The notes beneath the pieces were generated by a model, which was not told the DNA's origin, ran no database searches, and worked only from the letters and a program-made list of their open reading frames with translations. This document shows positions 52,419-64,000 of a stretch of DNA of 64,000 nt, one piece after another. The stretch is from NCBI GenBank assembly GCA_964016885.1, contig OZ024743.1, positions 124,001-188,000 on the forward strand. Direction: 5' to 3'. This DNA comes from Eledone cirrhosa (Eukaryota). The stretch's first letter is position 1. Every line of letters starts with the position of its first letter. A program made the translations under genes and the position numbers.

Positions 52419-52919
52419 TATTTATATTATAGTGCGAGTAATTTTCTCTTCAAATATTGGCAGAAAAGACACAGCGTTGAACTAAAAGTCTAAGGCTAAT
52501 TACTTTCAGCCTTTACGTTCCGAGTTAAATCCACATTCTCCCTTTTCCATAAATTAAGTGCGAGCCAAATACTGGGGGTCGTCAATCCAACCGTCTATAC
52601 AGTTTCTCCAGAAATGTGTGGCCTTATGCCAAATGCTATACGTCATTATTTTAATTAATAATATAATTTTGTGGTGTTTGTAATTTCCTTTCAAATTGTT
52701 ATCGTTATTTCAGTAGTTTTATTTCTACACCTGCTTTCACTGTGTAGTCGATCACACGTGTTTTCGCTGTAGGTAAAATAAGTGCTTTTTTTTGTTTTTG
52801 TGATTTTCTATTCAGAGGAATCTACAAAATATTTGTGTTCATTGCATACTAGTGCAGTTATATACATACACACACACATACATACATACATACATACATA
52901 CATACATACATACATACAT

Positions 52920-52979
<60 letters not shown>

Positions 52980-53109
52980 TTCTATGTCGCCGCGCATATA
53001 CATACACATGCACCCATGTATACACACATATACATATACATGCATATGTACATGTGTATATACATATTTACACACATTTGGCTGGACACCCGATCGCGTG
53101 GTTAAACCA

Positions 53110-53529
<420 letters not shown>

Positions 53530-53567
53530 AATATACATATATATGTATGTATATATATATATATATT

Positions 53568-53707
53568 ATGAGAAAAACCACAGACCCTCCATCTCAACTC
53601 ACCTTTTGAAAAGCAGAAGAACTGCGAAACCGGTAAAGGAACCAAATAAATATATATATTTAAAAAAAAATATGACTCCAGTTGCATTTTCGATTTCATC
53701 TCTTTTT

Positions 53708-53712
<5 letters not shown>
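53568..53712 (+). mobile_element. (TA)n-flanked pLTR fragment with decayed HHR (53602-53639); inverted homologue at ~25170-25272
   Basis: cctt-[ttgaaaa]-gcag-aagaa-ctgc-GAAAC-cg-GTA-aagg; shared accctccatctcaa. Confidence 0.6.
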
Positions 53713-53790
<78 letters not shown>

Positions 53791-54344
53791 CATTCTTCTT
53801 GTTCTTGCGTGTGCGTATGCGTGTACGTATGGGAAAAAGTCAACGAGGAAATACTGAGCAATACAGTACAACGATTATATATGTTAGTTTAACGTTAGAT
53901 CTTCACCAGAAGACAGAATGAGAGACAGAAGAAATAGAAAGATAGACGAGAAAGAAACTGAACAAATATATATAAGTTCAGTTAGTCTACATATGTCATA
54001 ACACTCTGAATCTAGATTTATTGAGCAGTTTAGCTATATTACTGCTTTCAGTAGCATTCCTGATATATTTAGGGAAATTTATTTGACACTCTGAAGCGAT
54101 TCCAGTATTTTCAGTAGTTACTCTTCACATGTATGTATGTATGTTTTTGATGCTCGGAGATTGGGATTAGTCGAGTGCATGGCCTTTCCCCACTTAAAAA
54201 AACCTTCAAAGCACAGGCATTGCTTGTTCAGGATCTGTTACAGGTTCGTGTGGCAGGCCAAAGCCTAAAGTTGCACCAGTTTCTGCAATCTGACAAGCGA
54301 TTGCAATACACTTAGCAGAGTTTGCAGTCATCATGTATGTATGT

Positions 54345-56795
54345 GTGTGTTCTTCTGGTTTTATAATTTCACAAAGTTTTACCAATAGAGAGAGAGTCGG
54401 TTTCTAACATAGATACAAGACTCTCTCATTGGAATTTACACATCAACTAGGTAGATATGTATGTATGCATGCATGTGTAGATATGGATGTTATTGTATGT
54501 GTGGATGTGGATGTTTTGAGTTGTATGTGTGCATGTGTATATGCTTTGTATCTGTACATGTGTATATGCAGTTATTAGATGCAAAATTTTTGGATTGTTT
54601 TACATATTTTTACTGTTCCATTAATGGATTGTACTTGTAGTTTCTTAACTAGTTGTGTTCTTTCTGTTCCTGTGAAGCCTAGCTTCTCAAGATTTGTATT
54701 GAGGCAGTTATTTAACATATTCCAGTGCCCCAATAATCACAGGCATAAATCTGAAGGTGTAATCAGGGTGGAGTATCTGCAGATTTCTCATCAGTTCTGC
54801 ATAAATATTCTCCTTTTCACTAATCTTTGATATTATATTGGCATCTGCTGGGCAGCTAATTTCCACTACTGTGCATGTTTTCTTCTCCCTGTCGCATAGC
54901 ATAATATCTGGTCTGTTATGCCTGCATTTTATTGGGGTTTTTACTGGAACATTCCACCAGTACTCTTTCATATTATGTACATGGATGTCTTCCACATTGT
55001 TGTAGCTTTTAATGTGTTTATTATCGGGGCTATCTTTTTTACGAACTGCATTGTACAGTGTTTTGGCCACTACATCATGCCTCATAGGTAGATAGTACCG
55101 CGATGACATCTTTGGACAGCTGCTGATGACATGGGTGATATCCTCGATCTTAGTTCTGCAGAGTCTGCACTTGTTATCACAGCTAGGTATTTTGCCTGCA
55201 TCCCTATCTCTTTTGTGAATCAGGTAATTCGCGCTAATCTCCTGTTCTTGGATTGCAAAAGCGTATCCTTCAAAGTGGGAGCCAATATAGCGGTTGTTGG
55301 TCCAAGATAGACTACTTTCCTTATCTATATTACTCTCACTCTGGAGCTTCCTGGCAACATATCCATGCATGATTTTTTGCTGATAGGCATGCAGTTTTTC
55401 ATCCATGGATTCACTGCGATACTGCTGAGCGACATCCCTGGGTGTGAGTTTTTGATTATCACACAGGGAATATCTCTCAAGGAGTTCCTTCCCAACTCTC
55501 ATGATCTTGTCTGTTTCATGCAGATAGACTTGGTCGAGAAGCGGGCTCCTACACTTCGAGGTTCGTAGATGTTGTCGGAGAGATATGATGCGACATTCAG
55601 ATGTTGTCTGGACTGATGTTAGGCCTCTGCCTCCCTGCTTACGTTTCAAGTAAAGGCGGTCTATGTCACTGTTGATGTGGAAGTTTGCGGTGTTGTTCAG
55701 TATTTTTCGAGTTCCAACGTCAATTGCTCGGATTTCGTGTATCGTCCAATTGAGTATTCTAAACGTTGGTGTTAGGACAGGCACAGCAAACACATTGTGA
55801 GCCACTTTTGTCTTGAGCAGAGAGTTCCGATGACCAGATCTTTCTTAATCGGGTGTAGTATTCCCTGGTTACGCGTTCTTTATTACAGATACCATTATAG
55901 GATATGTTCTCATCTATCCCCAAGTATCTGTAGCAGTCCTCATCAGATATCGGTGAAACAGTTAGACCATTGATGACAATGTTGCTAGATTGAGTTGTTG
56001 TTTTTTCTCCGCTTTACAGTCATGTATGAGCATCTATCTTGGCCAAACTCCATTCCTATATCCTTTGAGAACGTTGTAACCAGGTCAAGATTTTTCTTCA
56101 TCCCATCCATGTTCTTGGCATAGAGTTTCAGATCGTCCACAAAGAAGTTATGGGTTAGGTTCGTATTTCTGTCCTCCTGTGAGCCAATGATGTATCCCTC
56201 ACATTTCTTGAGCAGAAAGGACAAGGGGTTTAATGACAAGATGAACAATATCACAGAGAGACTGTCCCCCTGAAATATACCCCTGCAATATTTTATTTTA
56301 TCAGTGAAAATAGAGTCCTCCCTCTCTGTCTTTAACCTTTGGATAGTAAGCCAAGAAGAAGACAGCCTCTCCATGGCTCTGACAATAATGTCTGGGACTT
56401 TAGCAAGTTGGAGGACCTCTATCATCCAAGAGTGGGGAACAGAATCGAAAGCTTTCCTGTAGTCCAGCCAGACTGTAGTCATATTCCTCCTAAGTTGTCG
56501 CACCTCCGACATCGCAGTTTTGTTGATTAGGAGTTGTTCAGCACATCCCCAAACCCTTTTCTTTCCAGCTGCTTGTTCATCTGTGATGATGTTATTATTT
56601 TCACAGTGATCTTGGAGGAATAGGTTCAGGCAGGCTGTATACATCTTATACATCAGGTTCTGGCATGCAATGGGTCGGTAGTTTTTTGCCAAGTGGGTGT
56701 CTTTGTTCTTGGGGACCAGTAACGTTTGTGCTAATGTCAACCATTCTGGTATAAGTGTATCTCCCTTAAGAACTTGTTGGTAGAGGTCAGTAAGA
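54345..56795 (-). mobile_element. R4/Dong-clade LINE, 5'-truncated and frameshifted, between (TACA)n tracts
   Basis: RT: NYRPIAC, WLDYRKAFDSVPH, GIFQGDSLS, FVDDLKLY (55985-56740). Knuckle CRLC..HVISSC, RHD, and RLE RPDI..E..K (54708-55805). Confidence 0.93.
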
Positions 56796-56860
56796 TACCT
56801 CCGATGTGTATGTATGTATGTATGTATGTATGTATGTATGTATGTATGTATGTATGTATG

Positions 56861-57464
56861 TCAGGTCACCAGTTGGTGCTACTGGTAACATGTATCCCAG
56901 TACAACCTGTCTCATGGTCGGGTCGTTGGCGACTAAACTGGCAACCCCACCAAGGTTTCTTGGTGAGAAAGGTGACTTTGGACATCCTGCAGGACTAAAA
57001 ACAAAACCTGTCAAAGGGCAAAGGAGCTCTTAAGAGTCAATGGCCATCCAAAATCACCGGGAGAGATGACCCCTTAGCCTTTGTCAAGGCAGAATTCTAG
57101 GAGAAGGAAAACTCTGATATAACACCTACAACCCTGATGGTATCCAATGATGTTGACTTGTTCTTTTTGGTAAATATCATCTTGGTTAAGAGAGTGGAAC
57201 TGGCTTTGTGCAGTGCCTTTGCTCACTATAAAAGCTTCATGGCACAGGCATTGCTTTATATCTGGAGATCTCTCTGCACTTGTCGTCACATGGTACCATG
57301 GGCCCAGCACTATGTGTCAATAATTGTCACAAGTGTAGTGTTTGTACCAGAGTTTTCAAGTCGCTGGCTGGACTAAAAAGTCACACTTGTTCAGCACATC
57401 GGTGGGGGTTCTCCTACATGGATATAAAGTAGTGGCCGTACTCGAAAACGAGTTGGCAGCCGCC
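56861..57464 (+). mobile_element. ~600-bp non-coding retroposon-like element, copy 1, in (TATG)n
   Basis: Near-identical to 58016-58622. Contains tctaggagaaggaaaactctga, reminiscent of RTE 5' UTRs. Confidence 0.8.
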
Positions 57465-57788
57465 ATGTATGTATGTATGTATGTATGTATGTATGTATGT
57501 ATGTATGTATGTATGTATGTATGTATGTATGTATGTATGTATGCCGACTCTGTGCAAGACATTTTACATCATTGGCTGGGCTAAAAACCACATTCGATCG
57601 CAGCGCTGTTAGTTGCTATCGTGTGTGTGTGTATAGATATGTTTATGTGTGTGCGTGTATGTGTATATATATATGTATATGTATATTATTATTGTTGTTG
57701 TCGTTATTATTATTGTTGTTATTATTATTATTGTTATTAATGTATATGTGTGTGTGTATATGTATGTGTGTGTATATATGTGTATGTA

Positions 57789-57847
<59 letters not shown>

Positions 57848-58015
57848 CTTTTTTTATTTTTATTTTATTTTTTATTTATTTATCAATTTTTTTTCTCCTC
57901 GTGCAATGGCCATACTCGATAACGAGGGGGCACCCATCATCATCATGTATGTATGTATGTATGTATGTATGTATGTATGTATGTATGTATGTATGTATGT
58001 ATGTATGTATGTATG

Positions 58016-58622
58016 TCAGGTTACCAGTTGGTGCTACTGGTAACATGTATCCCAGTACAAACTGTCTCATGGTCGGGTCATTGGCGACTAAACTGGCAAC
58101 CCCACCAAGGTTTCTTGGTGAGGAGGGTGACTTTGGACATCCTGCAGGACTAAAAACAAAACCTGTCAAAGGGCAAAGGAGCTCTTAAGAGTCAATGGCC
58201 ATCCAAAATCACCGGGAGAGATGACCCCTTAGCCTTTGTCAAGGCAGAATTCTAGGAGAAGGAAAACTCTGATATAACACCTGCAACCCTGATGGTATCC
58301 AATGATGTTGACTTGTTCTTCTTTTTGGTAAATATCATCTTGGTTAAGAGAGTGGGACTGGCTTTGTGCAGTGCCTTTGCTCACTATAAAAGCTTCACAG
58401 CACAGGCATTGCTTTATATCTGGAGATCTCTCTGCACTTGTCATCACAAGGTACCATGGGCCCAGCACTATGTGTCAATAATTGTCACAAGTGTAGTCTT
58501 TGTACCAGAGTTTTCAAGTCGCTGGCTGGACTAAAAAGTCACACTTGTTCAGCGCATCAGTAGGGGTTCTCCTACATGGATATAAAGTAGTGGCCGTACT
58601 CGAAAACGAGTTGGCAGCCACC
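58016..58622 (+). mobile_element. ~600-bp element, copy 2
   Basis: Same termini as copy 1, flanked by (TATG)n. Confidence 0.8.
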
Positions 58623-58687
58623 ATGTATGTATGTATGTGTGTGTGTGTATGTATGTATGTATGTATGTGTGTGTGTGTATGTATGTA

Positions 58688-58720
<33 letters not shown>

Positions 58721-59117
58721 ATGTATGTATGTATGTATGTATGTATGTATGTATGTGCACGTATGTATATATATACAGACATGTATGTCTGTATTATGCG
58801 TTCTCCCTCATATTTAACATAGTTATTCACTTTCTTCCATTTCGCAATATTTAATTGTTTTGTTTTGATGTAGCTGCAGTTTTTACCACCAGTAAGCCCT
58901 TGGGAAAGATAAAAAAGTATGCATGACACGAAATACAAATCGGTAATGACTATATAATAAATTAGAGTCACAGCACAAAAAAATACTAAAGTTAAAATTA
59001 CATGGCACAGTCGGTTACACAGCCTGCTGTGATGCCAGAGACAGGAAAGTGGAGACATAAAGACGTAAAGGTTCAATTGTAAGGCTTAGTACTAACGAAT
59101 ACAAATACATTCTTACG

Positions 59118-59213
<96 letters not shown>

Positions 59214-60594
59214 AATAAATGGTTAAATTCACAACATTTTCATCTGTCGAATACGCGCGTTTCGCTAGGGAACTATTTCCGCACCGCGTCAATTCCACAT
59301 CTTTGAAACGTATGTTGTCAGGTTTAGAGTTCTACTAGAGAGTTCTTATGGAAGGCAAGGGAACTTGGAGTTCGGTTGCCAATTATATAGGTGGAGGAAA
59401 ATTCTTACTTAGACTTGTGCAAAATAAGAAGTTATTTGGGTCATGGAATCTATTATGTGGTCTGGAGAGTAATAGTATTGTATTTACATAAAATATTTTT
59501 TGTGCGATAGGTAGATGTTTTAGTGGTTATGGTTCCTTAGAAAAAAGTGCTCTTTTTTTTTACTTGATGTGTTAGAAAGATATTAAAGAGTTTTACAGTG
59601 AGCGGTGGGAATAAGCTCGGGGTGCAAAGTTGTGGGTTATGGTTGTAAAAATGATATCCGAGGTTATTCCGCCATTTGTTTTCAACAGTCCTATGAATTG
59701 CTGAACAATAAATAGAGGGAGACAGAAACCAGAAATAATAACAATCGTAACACATTTCCAAACAAACAGCACAGTCAAACAACATTACAATCATTTTTGT
59801 TTCAGCCAGTTCCAGTCAAAGTACTACTATTTCATCTCCATTAACCATAATCAGTTTTTGATTGATAACAGAAAAGAAATTGTTTCAGGTCTTCCAAAAT
59901 GTTTTGCATTTTTCCAACTATTAGAGAAAGCTACTTCCAAGGCAATTCAACAGGGATAAAATAACATTTATTCAATGGAAATATGTCAAATACAGACACG
60001 AGGCATCGTATCAATGAATGCCTTCACCGTCCATTACTCATTACTAATCATAACTGTATGATGAAAGGATTTTAAACACATGAATTATAAATATCTTTAT
60101 TTTTACACGGTTTGCAACAGGGGCAATTAGTTTTGAGATGACTTCAATATATGTAGGCATAAAGTGTCTTTAGATGTTTTGCACAAAACTGCATGTTTTA
60201 GTTCGATGTCTCACAGCCTACTAGGCATTCTACACTGTATCTAATATTTTATGGTATGGTATCCAATAATATCTTCTGTCCATAATTCCTAGTCATGCTG
60301 TAGATTAACTAAGTATTGCATATAAGTTCATAATAAATTCTGGTGTTAAACATCTTGCCTTGAAGTTTTTGACATTCTATACAATACCTGAGTTTCAAAT
60401 GATGACGGGAACATATAAAATCTGTAAGGGTTTGTGTGTGTTTAGTAATGCACATATGAATGTATTCAAATGTATGAAAAAGGAAAACTATATTTTTCAT
60501 GTTCAAATGAACTGACATATTTGATATTTGATTTTGCAATTTATTTGATTAGCTTAACAATATTTGTTCTAACCAGTATATAAAAGAATATGTG

Positions 60595-60667
<73 letters not shown>

Positions 60668-60750
60668 GGAGGTGAGTTTTATTGTAGTACAATAAAGCAA
60701 TGCAGATATCGGATAAGAAGCACTCTACAGTTTGTAGGACTGGAGTATGC

Positions 60751-62420
60751 ATAATATAAGATCAAAAGATGGTTAAAGGAGTTCCATATATTTTATTATG
60801 CGCATTTCAAAAACAAGCATCATCATGCAATAATATTTGTGTTTTCATCAGATAAAACAGGAGAACATGATATGAAGGCTAAAAAACACTTGTGGATAGT
60901 GCAGCTTTAAATCAACATATGAAAAGTGGTTTTAAAAAACTTAATTTATGAATGTAAAATTATAACTAGCACCAATTCCTTCACCTATTTTGGCTCCACT
61001 TCCACCTCTTTTAAAGCTCGTCTCTATAATCATCATTCATCTTTCAAATACAAACTTAAAAGAACTAACACTGCTCTCTCAGAACTCATATGGTCCTTAA
61101 AAGACAAAAACATTAAATATACCATCTTTTGGAAGAAGATTTCTTCTGCATCCTCATACTTGAACAGCCCTCTATCTAAAATCTGTAATCTCTGCCTAAA
61201 TGAAAAATTTACCATTATCTCTAACCTAGATTCTATAATAAATAGACGCACAGATTTGTTTTCTATCTGCCTGCATAAATTCCATAGAACTTTTCACAAA
61301 GTATACAGTTAATATTCAATTCTTTATCAATTTAGAATCTTTTCTCAAAGGCACATATACATACACCTCTTTAAAATATACTCATCTACCTTACTTTAAA
61401 GGGCATTATACACTCTATAATACTTGTTTACTCATTACCCTCATTCTATCTTCTCCTTGTAAAATCATAACATTTGTTTTGACGTTAGAATATTCATCCG
61501 CAATCATTATTATTTTTTCTCTCTATCATAAATCTTTTTAATCTCAATTTCATCCTTAATTTATTATTATTTTTTCTCCCCATCAACGAACTCATTATTA
61601 ATACATATTAACTCTTTATTCGCATATATTATCAATTCAATCAATATACAAACTTTAATTTCACATTATTTTTCTCAAATCCTTCTACACACAAACCTTA
61701 ATAATTTTTCTCTTCGTTAATTTTGAAATTGCCACAATACATACATTTCTTTTTTGACGTTAGAATATTCATCCACAATTATTATTTTTTCTCTCTATCT
61801 TCATACATAATTTCCCTTCGTTAATTTTCAAATTCCTTTAATTTATACATTATCTTCCAACGGTTCCCAACCTCTCTATGTTAAAACAATATATCTTTTT
61901 CTCAGTTATAAAAACTATCTCTTTCTCTCTATCACCCATCTCTCCCTCTCCACCTTCACTCTCATCTCCTCCCCCTTTCTTTCATCCTTTCCACCCTCCC
62001 TCCCTAAATAAAATATTTTTTCCTCGCACATATCCTCCCTTCGTTAATTTTCAAAATTTTTAATTTATACAGTATCTTCCAACGGTTTTCAACCTCTCTA
62101 TGTAAAAAATATATCTCCTCTCAGTTATAAAAACTATCTCTTTCTCTCTATCACCCATCTCTCCCTCTCATCTCCTTCCCTTTTCATCCTTTCCACCCCC
62201 CCCCTCTCTAAATAAAATATTTTTCCCAATATCACACATCAATCTAAAACCACTTTTCATATGTTGATTTAAAGCTGCACTATCCACAAGTGTTTTTTAG
62301 CCTTCATATCATGTTCTCCTGTTTTATCTGATGAAAACACAAATAGTATTGCATGATGATGTTTGTTTTTGAAATGCGCATAATAAAATATATGGAACTC
62401 CTTTAACCATCTTTTGATCT

Positions 62421-62428
<8 letters not shown>
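60751..62428 (+). mobile_element. 5'-truncated Naiad-type PLE with inverted pLTR (60751-60934 vs 62245-62428)
   Basis: GIY-YIG fragment at 60926-61312 (NLIYECKI..YFGST..FKAR..H..LSELIW..CNLCLNEK..CLH), internally duplicated 3' UTR, ends in (TA)n. Confidence 0.9.
62322..62388 (+). ncRNA. Hammerhead of the PLE pLTR
   Basis: ttttat-CTGATGA-aaacac...gtttgttttt-GAAAT-gcgc-ATA-ataaaa. Confidence 0.75.
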
Positions 62429-62451
<23 letters not shown>

Positions 62452-62452
62452 C

Positions 62453-62888
62453 AATATATTAACAAATGGAAACTATATTTATAAAACCATATTTATTTCA
62501 TTATACATATTTCAAGGGCCACCGAGGCAAATTATGGTGCGCTTTCATCAGATGAAATATAATATAGGTTAGTTTTATAAATAAATATTGACATACCCTG
62601 AAAAAATGCAACCATTCTGGTTGGAATCTCCCGGAGATTCCAATCAGAATGGTTGCATTTTTTCAGGCTATGTCAATATTTATAAAACTAACCTATATTA
62701 TATCTGATGAAAGCGCACCATAATTTGCCTTGGTGGCCCTTGAAATATGTATAATGAAATAAATATGGTTTTATAAATATAGTTTCCATTTGATAATATA
62801 TTGTATATTTACTCCAATAATTTGTTGAGTGCTTTGTATCAGTTATAAAAATATTTTGCTTGTTGTATCCCAACAAATTAAATATAAC

Positions 62889-62893
<5 letters not shown>
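62453..62893 (+). mobile_element. Fold-back pLTR family B copy 3, palindrome axis at 62632
   Basis: gaatctcc-c-ggagattc centre; HHR core at 62704-62745. Confidence 0.85.
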
Positions 62894-62974
<81 letters not shown>

Positions 62975-63025
62975 ATTTCTAATGAATGAAACAGTTCTAG
63001 TCCTGTAGAATCTCTTCTATATTAA

Positions 63026-63100
<75 letters not shown>

Positions 63101-63122
63101 TAGATACATATAACCAAGAATT

Positions 63123-63170
63123 CCTGTCTGATGACCTTGTGATAAACAGACGAAGCTCCAGAGTAACAAG
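63123..63170 (+). ncRNA. Decayed hammerhead in a short (TA)n-flanked insert
   Basis: cctgt-CTGATGA-...-GAAg-ctc-ca-gag-TA-acaag. Confidence 0.45.
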
Positions 63171-63273
63171 ACTCACTATTTAGCCTTAATAAAATGACAT
63201 GCTTATATATATATACAAATATATATCTACATATGTACACACATACACACACATACACACACACACATATGTG

Positions 63274-63342
<69 letters not shown>

Positions 63343-63381
63343 GTGTGTGTGTGTGTGAGTATACATATGTAGATATATATT

Positions 63382-63461
<80 letters not shown>

Positions 63462-63555
63462 TATGTATATATATGTGTGTGTGTGTGTATGTACGTATAT
63501 ATATATACAAAGTAGATGAATAAAGAAGAATTGAGAAAATTTGAAATTTGAAACC

Positions 63556-63731
63556 TGTGCGTCCCAACGCAAATAACTATAATAATAGTTGAAAAAAATT
63601 GGATGAAGTAAATCTGGCGACGGCAAAATGGAGTCAGAGGCTCCCCACCTTAAGTTTTTCTGTCTCCAGAGGTGTCTTCCCGACTTCTCAACTATTTTTA
63701 ATAGTGATCATCATTTACGTTGGGACGCACA
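63556..63731. mobile_element. MITE-like element
   Basis: TIRs tgtgcgtcccaacgcaaat / atttacgttgggacgcaca. A diverged relative lies at ~18045-18250. Confidence 0.65.
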
Positions 63732-63738
63732 CATATCA

Positions 63739-63827
<89 letters not shown>

Positions 63828-63875
63828 CATTATATATATATATGTATATATATATGTATATGTATATATATATTT

Positions 63876-63936
<61 letters not shown>

Positions 63937-64000
63937 ATATATATGTATATATGTATATATATTTAAATAATAAAGTAACCACTTTTCAAAAAAAGTACTC

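Noticed and set aside
59241-59296. Minus-strand hammerhead-like fold (gaaac-gcgc-gta)
   Set aside because: The core box reads ttgacgc (two mismatches), so it is at most a dead relic.

Overview
This is AT-rich animal non-coding DNA with no recognisable host gene. The SINE types and microsatellite load suggest a cephalopod such as octopus (inference). Nearly all long ORFs in the track are repeat artefacts. Contents: (1) A ~10.3 kb array of a 27-bp unit that is the 5' head of a tRNA-derived SINE, amplified inside one SINE copy that still has its 3' tail and TSD. (2) About a dozen other SINE copies. (3) Penelope-like elements of Naiad type (RT plus C-terminal GIY-YIG) inserted in (TA)n tracts. 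(4) At least 12 unrelated short, mostly (TA)n-flanked inserts carrying type-I hammerhead ribozyme (HHR) motifs. Many are fold-back hairpins, and one is a non-coding tandem two-HHR unit predicted to release a 469-nt retrozyme-like RNA. (5) R4/Dong, RTE and CRE non-LTR relics, several tied to a particular microsatellite. (6) Small TIR elements. All folds and alignments were done by eye; boundaries of decayed elements are approximate.
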